DNA from: an uncultured Planctomycetota bacterium
Lineage (GTDB): Bacteria; Planctomycetota; Planctomycetia; Isosphaerales; Isosphaeraceae
Assembly: GCA_963737655.1 (NCBI GenBank)
Contig: CAVTTN010000002.1
Coordinates: 3,392,001-3,456,000 of the forward strand
DNA: 64,000 bases
Direction of reading: 5' to 3'
The position numbers and the translations under genes are program-made. Positions 28,736-40,635 of this stretch are shown here, piece after piece. Below the pieces are notes generated by a model. The model saw nothing but the letters and a program-made list of their open reading frames with translations. It ran no database searches and was not told where the DNA came from. Each line of letters begins with the position of its first letter. Position 1 is the stretch's first letter.

Positions 28736-29346
28736 GCGCCTCCGCTTCGCCGGATGTCTCCGGGACGGTGTTCGATGACGAGGTCGCGCAGGTCGCGCGG
28801 TCCTATGCCGAAGCCCTGCTGAACGCCGCCTCGAAGGGCGGCGAGGCCGAGGCGGTCCTCGGCGAGCTCGAGGAGATCGAGGACGACCTGATCCGGGACC
28901 AGCCCCGGATCGCCGAGCTCTTCGCCTCGCCCTCGATCCCCGCTCATGAAAAAGAGCGAGTGCTCTCCGAAGCGTTCGAGGGCCGGGCCTTGCCGACGGT
29001 CGTCCGGTTCCTGAAGGTCCTGAACCACCACGGCCGGCTCGGCCTGATCGCGCCGATCGCCCGGGAGGCCCGGGCCCTGTGGGACCGCAAGCAGAACCGC
29101 CGGCCGGTGACCGTGACCTCGGCGAGCCCCCTGGACGACGGCCAGAAGGCCGCTCTTCAAGACAAGCTGGCGAAGCTCGTCGCCGGCACACCGGTCGTGT
29201 CGTTCCGGGTCGATCCCGACCTGATCGGCGGCCTGGTCGTCCAGGTCGGCGACATCGTGTACGACGCCTCCGTCAAGACCAAACTCGACCGGATGAGGAC
29301 GCTCCTGGCCCAGGGCCGGGGGCGAGACTCGTCCATGATCCAGTAA
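28732..29346 (+). CDS. atpH: ATP synthase F1 subunit delta
   Basis: ARSYAEAL, VTSASPL, VDPDLIGGLVVQVGD..YDASV. Confidence 0.95.
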   Translation: MSASASPDVSGTVFDDEVAQVARSYAEALLNAASKGGEAEAVLGELEEIEDDLIRDQPRIAELFASPSIPAHEKERVLSEAFEGRALPTVVRFLKVLNHHGRLGLIAPIAREARALWDRKQNRRPVTVTSASPLDDGQKAALQDKLAKLVAGTPVVSFRVDPDLIGGLVVQVGDIVYDASVKTKLDRMRTLLAQGRGRDSSMIQ

Positions 29347-29376
29347 TCGACGCGGCCCTCCCCTCCGAGGACGATC

Positions 29377-31094
29377 ATGAAATTCCGAGCCGATGAGATC
29401 ACGTCCGTCCTCCAGCGAGAGATCGAGCAGTTCCAGTCCGAAGTCACGAAGTCGGAGGTCGGCCGGGTCCTGGAGGTCGGCGACGGGATCGCGAGGGTCC
29501 ACGGCCTCTCCGGCGTGATGAGCGGCGAGATGGTCCGGTTCGAGAACGGCGTCCGGGGCCTGGCCTTCAACCTCGAAGAGTCGTCGGTCGGCGTGATCAT
29601 CCTCGGCGAGTTCACCGAGCTCCACGAGGGGGAGACCGTCACCGCCACCGGCGAGCTGCTCCGCGTCCCGGTGGGCGAGGCGATGGTCGGGCGGGTGGTG
29701 AACCCCCTGGGCGAGCCGATCGACAACAAGGGCCCGATCGTCACCACGCACTCCCGCCTGGTCGAATCGCCCGCGCCGGGATCGCCGACCGTCAGCCCGT
29801 CGACGAGCCGATGCAGACCGGCGTGAAGGCCATCGACTCCATGACCCCGATCGGCCGAGGCCAGCGAGAGCTGATCATCGGCGACCGCAAGACGGGCAAG
29901 ACGGCCATCGCGATCGACGCCATCCTGAACCAGAAGGGCCAGGGGGTCATCTGCGTCTACGTGGCGATCGCCCAGAAGGAATCGACCACGGCCGCGCTGG
30001 TGGACGTCCTCCGCCGCAACGGCGCGATGGATTACACCATCGTCGTGGCCGCCGGGGCCAGCGACCCGGCCCCGTTGCAGTACCTGGCCCCGTACGCCGG
30101 GACGGCGATGGCCGAGTACTTCATGTACGAGAAGGGCGGCGCGACGCTCTGCGTCTACGACGACCTTTCCAAGCAGGCCGTCGCCTATCGCGAGCTGTCC
30201 CTCCTCCTCCGGCGTCCCCCGGGCCGCGAGGCGTACCCCGGCGACGTGTTCTACGCCCACTCGCGGCTCCTGGAACGTTCGGCGAAGCTCGCCAACCGCT
30301 ACGTGATCGTCCCCGAGGGCGCGCCGACCGACGACCCGAACAACCCGGTGGACGCCCATTGGGGCGTCAACGGCAAGAGCTACCTGGGCGTCCCCGGCGA
30401 GGAAGAGGCCAAGCACGACCTGAAGGCGAATTACCCGACCGGCCACAAGATCGTCAAGACGGCGAAGTCCGGCGGATCGCTCACGGCCTTGCCGATCATC
30501 GAGACCCTCGAAGGCGAGGTCTCGGCCTACATCCCGACCAACGTGATCTCGATCACCGACGGGCAGATCTACCTCCAGCCCGACCTGTTCTTCGCCGGGG
30601 TCCGGCCGGCGGTGGACGTGGGGATCAGCGTGTCTCGCGTGGGCGGCAAGGCCCAGACGCCCGCCATGAAGAAGGTGGCCGGCGGCCTCCGCCTGGACCT
30701 CGCCGCGTTCCGCGAGCTGGAGGCGTTCGCCCAGCTCGGCACCGAGCTCGACAAGGCGACTCAGGGCCAGCTCGACCGGGGATACCGGATGATCGAGATC
30801 CTCAAGCAGCCGCAATATCACCCGCTGAACTTCGCCGACCAGGTCATGAGCCTGTACTCCGGGACCGAGGGGTTCCTGGACGACGTGCCGGTCAAGGAGG
30901 TCCGCCGGTTCGAGACCGAGTTCCTCCGGTTCATGAGCGTGGAGAAATCGGCCGTTCGCGACCAGCTCCTCCGCGAGAAGAAGCTGTCGGACGCCGTGCT
31001 GACCGGCCTCCGGGCCGCCCTCGAAGAGTTCAAGACGCGGTTCCGCTCGGCCTCCAAGGTTGAAACGCCCGCGCTGGCCGGGGCCGGGGCCTAG
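29377..31094 (+). CDS. atpA: ATP synthase F1 subunit alpha (one-base frameshift at 29778-29780)
   Basis: [38 protein letters not shown]; adding one G to CCGGGATC restores [20 protein letters not shown]. Confidence 0.95.
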
Positions 31095-33630
<2,536 letters not shown>

Positions 33631-33665
33631 TTCCCGGACATCAACCGCCAGTCCGCCGGGGATTC

Positions 33666-33722
33666 GTAGGGCAGGCCTCGGCCTGCCGTCCCCACCGATC
33701 GGCAGGCCGAGGCCTGCCCTAC
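33666..33722. repeat. REP doublet, family B
   Basis: GTAGGGCAGGCCTCGGCCTGCC ... GGCAGGCCGAGGCCTGCCCTAC. Confidence 0.9.
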
Positions 33723-33760
33723 GAGGTTGGTGCTGAGTCTTCTTGCGGAGAAAGGCCCCC

Positions 33761-34183
33761 ATGGCCAGCGTGGACAAGAAGGGCGGAGACCGGCTGAACT
33801 GCGTGGTCGTCACGCCCGAGAGGACCCTCCTCGATGACGCCGTGGACTTCGTGGCCCTGCCCCTGTTCGACGGCGAGCTCGGCGTCTTGCCCGGCCGTTC
33901 GCCCCTGATCGGCCGGCTCGGCTTCGGCGAGTTGAGGACCGAGGCCGGCGGGACGACTCGTCGCTTCTTCCTCGACGGCGGGTTCGCCCAGGTCCGGGAC
34001 AACGTCGTCACGATCCTCACCAACCGCGCCCTGCCGGCCGAGCAGATCGACCCGCAAGCCGCCGCCGCCGACCTCGAACGGGCCCGCTCGAAGAAGGCCT
34101 CCACCGAGGCCGAGCAGGACGAGAAGACCCGGGCCGTCGACCGCGCCCGGGCCCGCCTCCGGCTCGCCTCCATGCGAGGCTGA
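33761..34183 (+). CDS. atpC: ATP synthase F1 subunit epsilon
   Basis: VVTPER, GELGVLPG, GGFAQV, RARARL. Confidence 0.95.
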   Translation: MASVDKKGGDRLNCVVVTPERTLLDDAVDFVALPLFDGELGVLPGRSPLIGRLGFGELRTEAGGTTRRFFLDGGFAQVRDNVVTILTNRALPAEQIDPQAAAADLERARSKKASTEAEQDEKTRAVDRARARLRLASMRG

Positions 34184-34426
34184 GCGACAATCGTCGTTGC
34201 GTCGTCCGCACGATCCGAGGCCCGATCCCGGCCAGAATCCCCGGAATAGGCCCGTCCGACCTCCGTAAATGGAGCGTGGAAGGGACGGGAATCAGCCGAG
34301 GCGGATCGGGCCCGCCGCTCGGCCTCGGGCCCTCGCGGACCCGATCGCGGATGCGATCCGGCGAGGGTCGGACCGGGCGACGTCCGTCGTCCCGGAATCG
34401 GAGGGCCCCGAGAGGGAGCGTCCGCC

Positions 34427-34918
34427 ATGAGCCTGAATCTCGGCGTCATCGAGCAGCATCGGGACGTCAACCAGTCCACCTCCGACGACATCGTCGTGGA
34501 CTGGATCGACCAGCATTGCAACGTCACCCTGGAAAGCACCGCCGGCCAGGTTACCATCAATCAGAAGATCGACCAGCACTGCTCCGTCTTCATCAAGGCC
34601 AAGACGGGGATCTCGATCGGCCAGAAGATCGACCAGCACTGCGGAGTGACCCTCTGGACCGACGGCCCCGTGAGCATCGGCCAGAAGATCGACCAGCACA
34701 GCAACGTCGACGTCGAGGCCGGCGGGCCGATCGACATCGGCCAGAAGATCGACGGCAACAGCTCGGCCAAGCTGGTCTCGGACGTGAGCATCTTCGTCGG
34801 CCAGAAGATCGACGGCAACTCCGACGTCCGCTACAGCGCGCCGAGCGTCTTCTGGGGCGAGGAAGGGATTCAGAACGGGTCCACGGTCCTCGGCATTTCC
34901 GCCGTCCGGGACCGATAG
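34427..34918 (+). CDS. 20-aa tandem-repeat (putative beta-solenoid) protein
   Basis: GAGGGAG RBS; IxQKIDQH[CS]xV / IGQKIDGNS repeats with exact 60-nt period. Confidence 0.8.
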   Translation: MSLNLGVIEQHRDVNQSTSDDIVVDWIDQHCNVTLESTAGQVTINQKIDQHCSVFIKAKTGISIGQKIDQHCGVTLWTDGPVSIGQKIDQHSNVDVEAGGPIDIGQKIDGNSSAKLVSDVSIFVGQKIDGNSDVRYSAPSVFWGEEGIQNGSTVLGISAVRDR

Positions 34919-35078
34919 GCCCACGGTCCGCCCGCAACCGGTTCGCCAATCGCGGCCAGAGGCCCGGAAGAGGGGGCACGCCGAGGGCTGCCCCCTCCCC
35001 GCCGTCCCGCGATGCCGGCGGGCGTCGGCCGGCTCGGAGCACGCACATCGATCCAAAATGGATCGCGTGTGTTAATGT

Positions 35079-35381
35079 TCAATATTGCCAGGGCTTGTAC
35101 AGAGGCAAGCCGCGGCGGGTCGCCCAGTTCGGGTCGCGGCCCGAGCGGAGCGCACCCCGATAGCGACTAAACGCGTCGTTCCGGGTCGAGACCACCGCGC
35201 GACGCCCCGCGAACGTCCTCGGCACGACCCGATACGTCGGAGACGGCGTCACGTACCGGTAGCCCGTCTGCGGGACGGTCCGGTAATACCCCGGCGCCTG
35301 GGCCGCCGCCGATCCGCCTCCGAAGAGGAGGACCAACAACGCGCCGAAGGCCGCCAACACGAGAACCCGGATTCGAACCAT
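35079..35381 (-). CDS. Small secreted Tyr/Arg-rich hypothetical protein
   Basis: Signal peptide ending AAA-Q; C-terminal DPNWATRRGLPLYKPW. Confidence 0.65.
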   Translation of the reverse strand: MVRIRVLVLAAFGALLVLLFGGGSAAAQAPGYYRTVPQTGYRYVTPSPTYRVVPRTFAGRRAVVSTRNDAFSRYRGALRSGRDPNWATRRGLPLYKPWQY

Positions 35382-35481
35382 CAGCCACCCCCCCGGCGGC
35401 CTGGCCCTTCCCCGCCAGGAAGATTTCGCGGCAAATGGCGTGCCCTCAGCGGATCGCCCTCGGATTGCACGACGATTCCTC

Positions 35482-35538
35482 GTAGGGCAGGCCTTGGCCT
35501 GCCGTCTTCGTGGATCGGCAGGCCAAGGCCTGCCCTCC
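35482..35538. repeat. REP doublet, family B
   Basis: GTAGGGCAGGCCTTGGCCTGCC ... GGCAGGCCAAGGCCTGCCCTCC. Confidence 0.88.
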
Positions 35539-35705
35539 TTGTGCGCGGTCCGGGAGTGATCCGCTGTAGGGGCTTCCTGGCGGGAAGGCTCTGGTTTGGC
35601 ACGGGTTCCGACTTTCGAATCCGTGCCACCGGGGACGCTTCCGCAGAACGTTCTTCCGAGAAGAAGGAGGCGGCCCTGCTCTCCGGAAAACCCCGGCGAG
35701 GCTCG

Positions 35706-35931
35706 GGAATCGAGTAGGTCCGACTTCAGTCGGGTACGTGTTTGGCGTGTGAGAAGGCGGTTTTAGTAGGGTCCGCTCTTGCGGACCTCTTCGATTTCCC
35801 TTCGTCGCGAAGAGGTCCGCAAGAGCGGACCCTACAAGAACCGCGATCCGAGGAGCTCAACACGAACTCAGTCGGGCCGACAAAACAAGACAGTTTTGTC
35901 GGCCCGACTGAAGTCGGACCGACTCGATTCC
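35706..35931. repeat. Family D element with a family C doublet (35766-35835) nested inside
   Basis: GGAATCGAGTAGGTCCGACTTCAGTCGGG ... CCCGACTGAAGTCGGACCGACTCGATTCC flanking GTAGGGTCCGCTCTTGCGGACC ... GGTCCGCAAGAGCGGACCCTAC. Confidence 0.85.
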
Positions 35932-36010
35932 TTTCCATCACCGGGGTCTTATCCAGAGCAAGACGGCCCTGATTGCGGGGCGAGGCGCGAGGGTCCCTCG
36001 TCCCGCGATC

Positions 36011-37362
36011 TCAGAACGGCCAGGGCCGGGGAATCGTCTTGATCGGGCAGTCGACGTTCCAGAGGCGGTACTTCATCTCCTCTCGGGCCTCGCGGATCGT
36101 GACCAGGAGGAACGGCACCAGGGCCTCGGGATAGCCCCGAGGGGCCAGCCGCTTCACGCAGAGGACGACCAGGCAATCCACTTCATACAGCCTGTGTTTG
36201 GATCGAAACTCGTCCGGTCGGATGCTCCGATAGAGGTGAAGGATCGCCTCGTCGATCGGCTTCGACTCGATCGGCGCGAGCGCCCGGACCAGCTCGGCCT
36301 GCTGGTCGGGTCCGGCGACGTCGAGGAACGGGGGATGGTCCGGATCGAAGTCGCGGAACTCGCTCGCGAGGATCTTCGCCGCGATCGGCATCTGCGCCCG
36401 GAGCGTGGCCGAATCCATGCCCGATCGCGTCCAATAGATCGCGACGAGAGTCGGCGGGATCGATGCCCGGGCACGAGGCCCGTGCTGCCGCTCGAACTCC
36501 TCGATGAGCGGGTGCCAGCGGGCGGGGTCCTTCTCCGTCAGCAATCGGTCGAGGACGAACGCAAACACCGGAGTACTGTCGAGCAGCGGCCGGTTCAGGA
36601 GCTTCCGCGCGATCTCCAGGCCCCTGTCGGGGAAATACCACATGAGCCGGGTGACGGCCAGCTCATGACCCCTGCCCGGCGCGAGCGCGTTGCGCGTCAG
36701 GGATTCCCGATGCGCCTCGGCGGTCAAGCCGCCCCAGTCCTCGCGGACCCTCCGCGCCAAAATCGGCGTCTCCACGGGGGAATTGATGACCAGGCATGCC
36801 GTCGGCCGATAGCGGAGCGCGACGAGGTTCCGGCCCACGATCTGGCCGATCGCGACGAAGCAGAGGTCGCCCACCTTCAGCGTGTACTCGCGCACATACC
36901 GTGGGGCTTTCTCCGGTGCGTTGCGTCCGGCACCCTGGGGCCGGGCTCGTGCTGGAGCCGGGAGCTCGGGAGTTCTCGCGGGTCGTACTCGTCGGAGTGC
37001 CACATCCCGTCGTACCCGCGGACCCGGACCCGGGTCGGGCGGGCATCCGAGAGGTGGGCGATCAGGTCGGGCAGGGCGACGACCCCGAGGCGGACGAGGT
37101 CTCGGAGGGCCGGAGGCGTGGTCGGCCTCGTCGAGCCGATCACCCCGCCGAGGAATTCCGGCTCCATGTCCACGCCGAGGAACTCCGAGCTCGCGTCCGT
37201 CCCGTGGAACCCGGTGCCCTCCTCGTTAACCTCCGTCAACTGGTCGATCAGTCGCACAACGTGCGGATTCGCCGCCGGTTCCTGTCCCCAGCCGGCTGGC
37301 GGAAGGACGAGAAGGAGCCCGAAGACGCCCCAACCGATCGCCCGATGGTCACAAGTCATCAT
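36011..37362 (-). CDS. Secreted hypothetical protein (frameshift around 36925-36980)
   Basis: Signal peptide plus LIDQL..LVRLG..ALPDLIAHLSDARPT..DEYDPR in one frame, continued by YTLKVGDLCFVAIGQIVGR..RYRPTACLVINSPV in the next. Confidence 0.65.
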
Positions 37363-37501
37363 GCCTTCTCCCCGTCCCGTCCCAGGGCCGCGGCTCGACC
37401 GGTTTGGCACGAGCTCGTCACGAAAATCTTCGCAGAACCCCCCGGGACGCGTTAGGCTGCCTCCCAGGATTCAAGATCGGCCCCGGATCGAAAGGATTTT
37501 C

Positions 37502-37957
37502 ATGCGATTCTCGATCCGAGGTCTGATGGCGGTCGTCCTGCTCGTCGCGATCGACTGCGCGGTGAGCCGGGGCCTGAATTCCTTCCCGTTGGTCTCGCGT
37601 CCTCTGGGCGAAATCCTCGACCTGGCCCTCTGCGGCCTCCTGCCGATGGCCAACGTCCTGGCGATCGTCGCCCTCCTCCGAACGGCGGCAAGATCGGCGA
37701 GGCGGCGAGCGTTCCTGACCGGATTCCTGAAGGCCGGCGCGATGGCCTGGTCGGTCGCCCTGATCCTCGCGTGCGTCGCCCACGCCCCGATCCACGAGGC
37801 CGTGGACATGGCCCTGACGCCGCTGAAGGGCGTCCCGCTCGCCTTCCTCCCCGCCGCCGCGGCGGTCCTCTGGGCACCCCAGGCGCTATGGGCGAACCTG
37901 GGAGGTTGGGTCGCGGCGAGGCGGAGTTCTCAAGAGAAGGATATCATATGTTTTTAG
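37502..37957 (+). CDS. Small integral membrane protein (~4 TM)
   Basis: MRFSIRGLMAVVLLVAID N-terminus; alternating hydrophobic segments. Confidence 0.7.
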   Translation: MRFSIRGLMAVVLLVAIDCAVSRGLNSFPLVSRPLGEILDLALCGLLPMANVLAIVALLRTAARSARRRAFLTGFLKAGAMAWSVALILACVAHAPIHEAVDMALTPLKGVPLAFLPAAAAVLWAPQALWANLGGWVAARRSSQEKDIICF

Positions 37958-38526
37958 GAAAGATTGTAACAAATCAACACATTTAATTTATATAATCGAC
38001 ACCAACACGATCGGACGGTCGTCTGGAGCGAAATTGTCGCGACGTCGACCGGGAATCGTGCCAGAGATTGCCATGCTTGAATTACCTCATAATTTTTAAA
38101 TATAACACATGGTGGATCATGGATTACGCAGAAGTTGACTACACTCGGAGGGCCAAATCGCGTTCAGACGGCCTGAAACAAGGGGTTTTCGCGCGCGCAG
38201 TCGGTCGAGCGCGCGTACCTTTCCTTGAACGTGAATTCGTGGATTGATACGTCACAAGTCCCATTTGACAAATGGGTTGTGCAAACGTCCCAAAATCGAG
38301 CGTGGCCCGAAAAAGGCGCGCCGGGTGCGCACAATCCGGTGCCTCGGCGCGGCCGATTTTGCCATCGGGGTGTCACTCGCCCCGGGCGTCCGAAAAAAAA
38401 GTGATCGCGAGGGGCGATCGGCCGCGATGGTGTCCCCCGGATGGACGTGGCGAACCATGAACGGGGGGCGGTGCCGTGGGCGGGACGGTCGGAGGGATCG
38501 GGATGAGGTCGGGACGTCGTTCGCGC

Positions 38527-39431
38527 TCAGGCCCCGGGCGAGACGGCGGCGGGCTCGTCGGCGAAGAATCGGGGGTTCTCGATCATCGGCACCGCGAGCC
38601 ATTCCGTGCCGGCCCAGGCGTGGTGGGTGGCCTTCACCCCGGCCCCGTCGAGCTCGATTTCCAGGAACCCCGGCAGGTGGAAGCCGGTCGGGTCGCGGAG
38701 CAACGGCGCCCGGAATTCAGGCACATCGCGTTGGGCATCCCCGGCGGCGTGAACGCCCAGGCCGCGTGAACATGTCCGCAGCAGTAGACGTGAGGGCCGA
38801 TGCCCCTCAGCCATTCCGCCACCGAGTCGGCGTTCTTCATCCGCTTCTGGGCAAGCTGCCCCTCGTAGGGCGGAGGGGCGGCCAGCGGGTAGTGACAGGC
38901 GATGATCTTCCGCCGGTACTGGCTCAGCGAATCGGCCGCAATCCGTTTGGCCTCGGTCAGTTGGGGCTCGGGAATCCGGCCCGTCGCGGAGATGTGCGAG
39001 CGAGTCGGGTCGAGGCCGAGGATGGCGGTCTCGTCGTCCAGGGGGCGGAGCCAGGGGAACTGGAGGCGGGGCATGAACTCGCCGAACGTCTCCTCGAACT
39101 TCCTCGACCGGACCGAACCCGGGGTGTAGCGATCGTGATTGCCGGGGATTACCGTCGCCCTCGACGGGTCTTTCAGCAACGGTTCCAGGGCGAGCCGGGC
39201 GGCGCGGAACTCGGAGCCGAGCGCGGTGGTCGTCAGGTCCCCGGTGATCAGCACGTGGTCGGGCCCGAGCGACTCGGCATAGCTCACGACGGCGTCGAGC
39301 CGCTCCAATCGGAACTTTTTCGCCCGGCCCGTGAGCAGTTCGAGCATCCCGACCGATCGTTTCCCGACCAATCGGAACGGATTGAATTCGAATCGCCAGA
39401 CGTGAATGTCCGACAGGTGGAGGATTCGCAC
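38527..39431 (-). CDS. Calcineurin-like metallophosphoesterase (frameshift at 38709-38711)
   Basis: HLSDIH, ITGDL, PGNHD, CHYP, GHVH; one extra base restores LNSGAPLLRDP. Confidence 0.88.
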
Positions 39432-39460
39432 CGAGGCCCCTCGACATCGGGCGGCCCGGG

Positions 39461-40282
39461 TCAGAAATGGACCCCGGCCCAGCCGACGAGGATATCGTAA
39501 GCAGCATGCGTGCCGACGGCCACGCCGAACCCCCGAACCACGAAGACCCAGGCGAAATAGATCCCCGCCAACCAGCGGAAGAGGAACGCGAAGAGGGTGA
39601 ACGGCTCGCCCGGGGCACCGGCATGATGGGCCAGAGAGAACAGGAGGGCCGAGCCGGTCACCGCCAACGTCGTGCTGGCGAGCTTCGGCGCCGCGATCGC
39701 CCGGGCGGCGAAGTAGAGGCCGGGAATCAGGACCAGGCGGAAGATCGCCTCTTCATAAACACCGGCGCCGACAAACCCCAGGATCGCGGAATTCGCCGGG
39801 CCCCCACTCCGAAGCAAGTCATGGCCTTCGAGGCGGTCGAACCCGAGATCGACCAATCGGCTGAGGCCGATCAGCGCCACGGCCAAGGCCAGGCTCTCGG
39901 CGGCCATCCCCAGGAGGCATCGCGGACGGAACTTCCAGGGGTCGCCCCGGAACGCCTGCCAGCCCAGGAGGGCCAGGACCAGGGCCATCGGCGGGAGCCA
40001 GCGGTCGGTCAGATGGAGCCGGGCCAGTGCCTGGCGGACCCACGCATCGGCGCCGGTCCGCAACGCCTCGGCCGACGACCCTCCGATCCAGGAGACGCCG
40101 ATCTCATAGGCGGCCAGGAGCGGTAAGACGAACAGGAGACAGGGGATCGGTCGGCGGGTGACCCGCCAGTATGAGGCTTCGACGGGCGGAGCGGCGGCCT
40201 TGCCCCAGAATCGGGGATCGAAGCCGCGACGAGGCCGGGGGCGGCGGAGCCGGCCCTCGGGTGGGGGAGTGGTGGTGCTCAC
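39461..40282 (-). CDS. CPBP (CAAX/Abi) intramembrane glutamic endopeptidase
   Basis: YEEAIFR, FSLAHH, THAAYD; multiple TM helices. Confidence 0.85.
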   Translation of the reverse strand: MSTTTPPPEGRLRRPRPRRGFDPRFWGKAAAPPVEASYWRVTRRPIPCLLFVLPLLAAYEIGVSWIGGSSAEALRTGADAWVRQALARLHLTDRWLPPMALVLALLGWQAFRGDPWKFRPRCLLGMAAESLALAVALIGLSRLVDLGFDRLEGHDLLRSGGPANSAILGFVGAGVYEEAIFRLVLIPGLYFAARAIAAPKLASTTLAVTGSALLFSLAHHAGAPGEPFTLFAFLFRWLAGIYFAWVFVVRGFGVAVGTHAAYDILVGWAGVHF

Positions 40283-40457
40283 ACCCCCAGACGATCGGCC
40301 GATTAGAGGGGCGATCTCCACCGGTCGGGGCCGAGATTTCGCGGAATTCGAAATCTCCGAAATCAACGAAATCCGCGAAGGGGATGAAATCGCGCCGTCC
40401 CTTGTGGGTCGGGGTCCGGATCGCTACGATACCCACGTCGGGCGGCCCTCCAGCGTC

Positions 40458-40486
40458 TTGACGAGGGCGGGGTCGCTCCCCAGAAT
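40458..40486 (+). promoter_or_regulatory. Candidate sigma70 promoter of the oxidase operon
   Basis: TTGACG-17 nt-CAGAAT. Confidence 0.45.
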
Positions 40487-40635
40487 GGACGCCTCTCATC
40501 CGCTGCCCAGACTTCTGCCCGAGACAGCGGGACGCCGACCCTCCGGCGGCCCTCGGTCGATCCGGTCGAACCCGACCGGGTCCGAGGGCCATTGGCCAGG
40601 GCGGCGGACCATCCGATGTTGGGGAGGATTGGCGC

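Noticed and set aside
34500..34820. CRISPR-like array (CAGAAGATCGAC core every 60 nt)
   Set aside because: The period is a multiple of 3, the 'spacers' encode a conserved hydrophobic pattern in an ORF with an RBS, the repeats drift in sequence, and there is no leader or cas gene; it is a protein repeat
38090..38160. dif site or oriC
   Set aside because: AGTTGAC is only a partial XerD-arm match and no consensus DnaA boxes are seen; kept only as an unexplained AT-rich region
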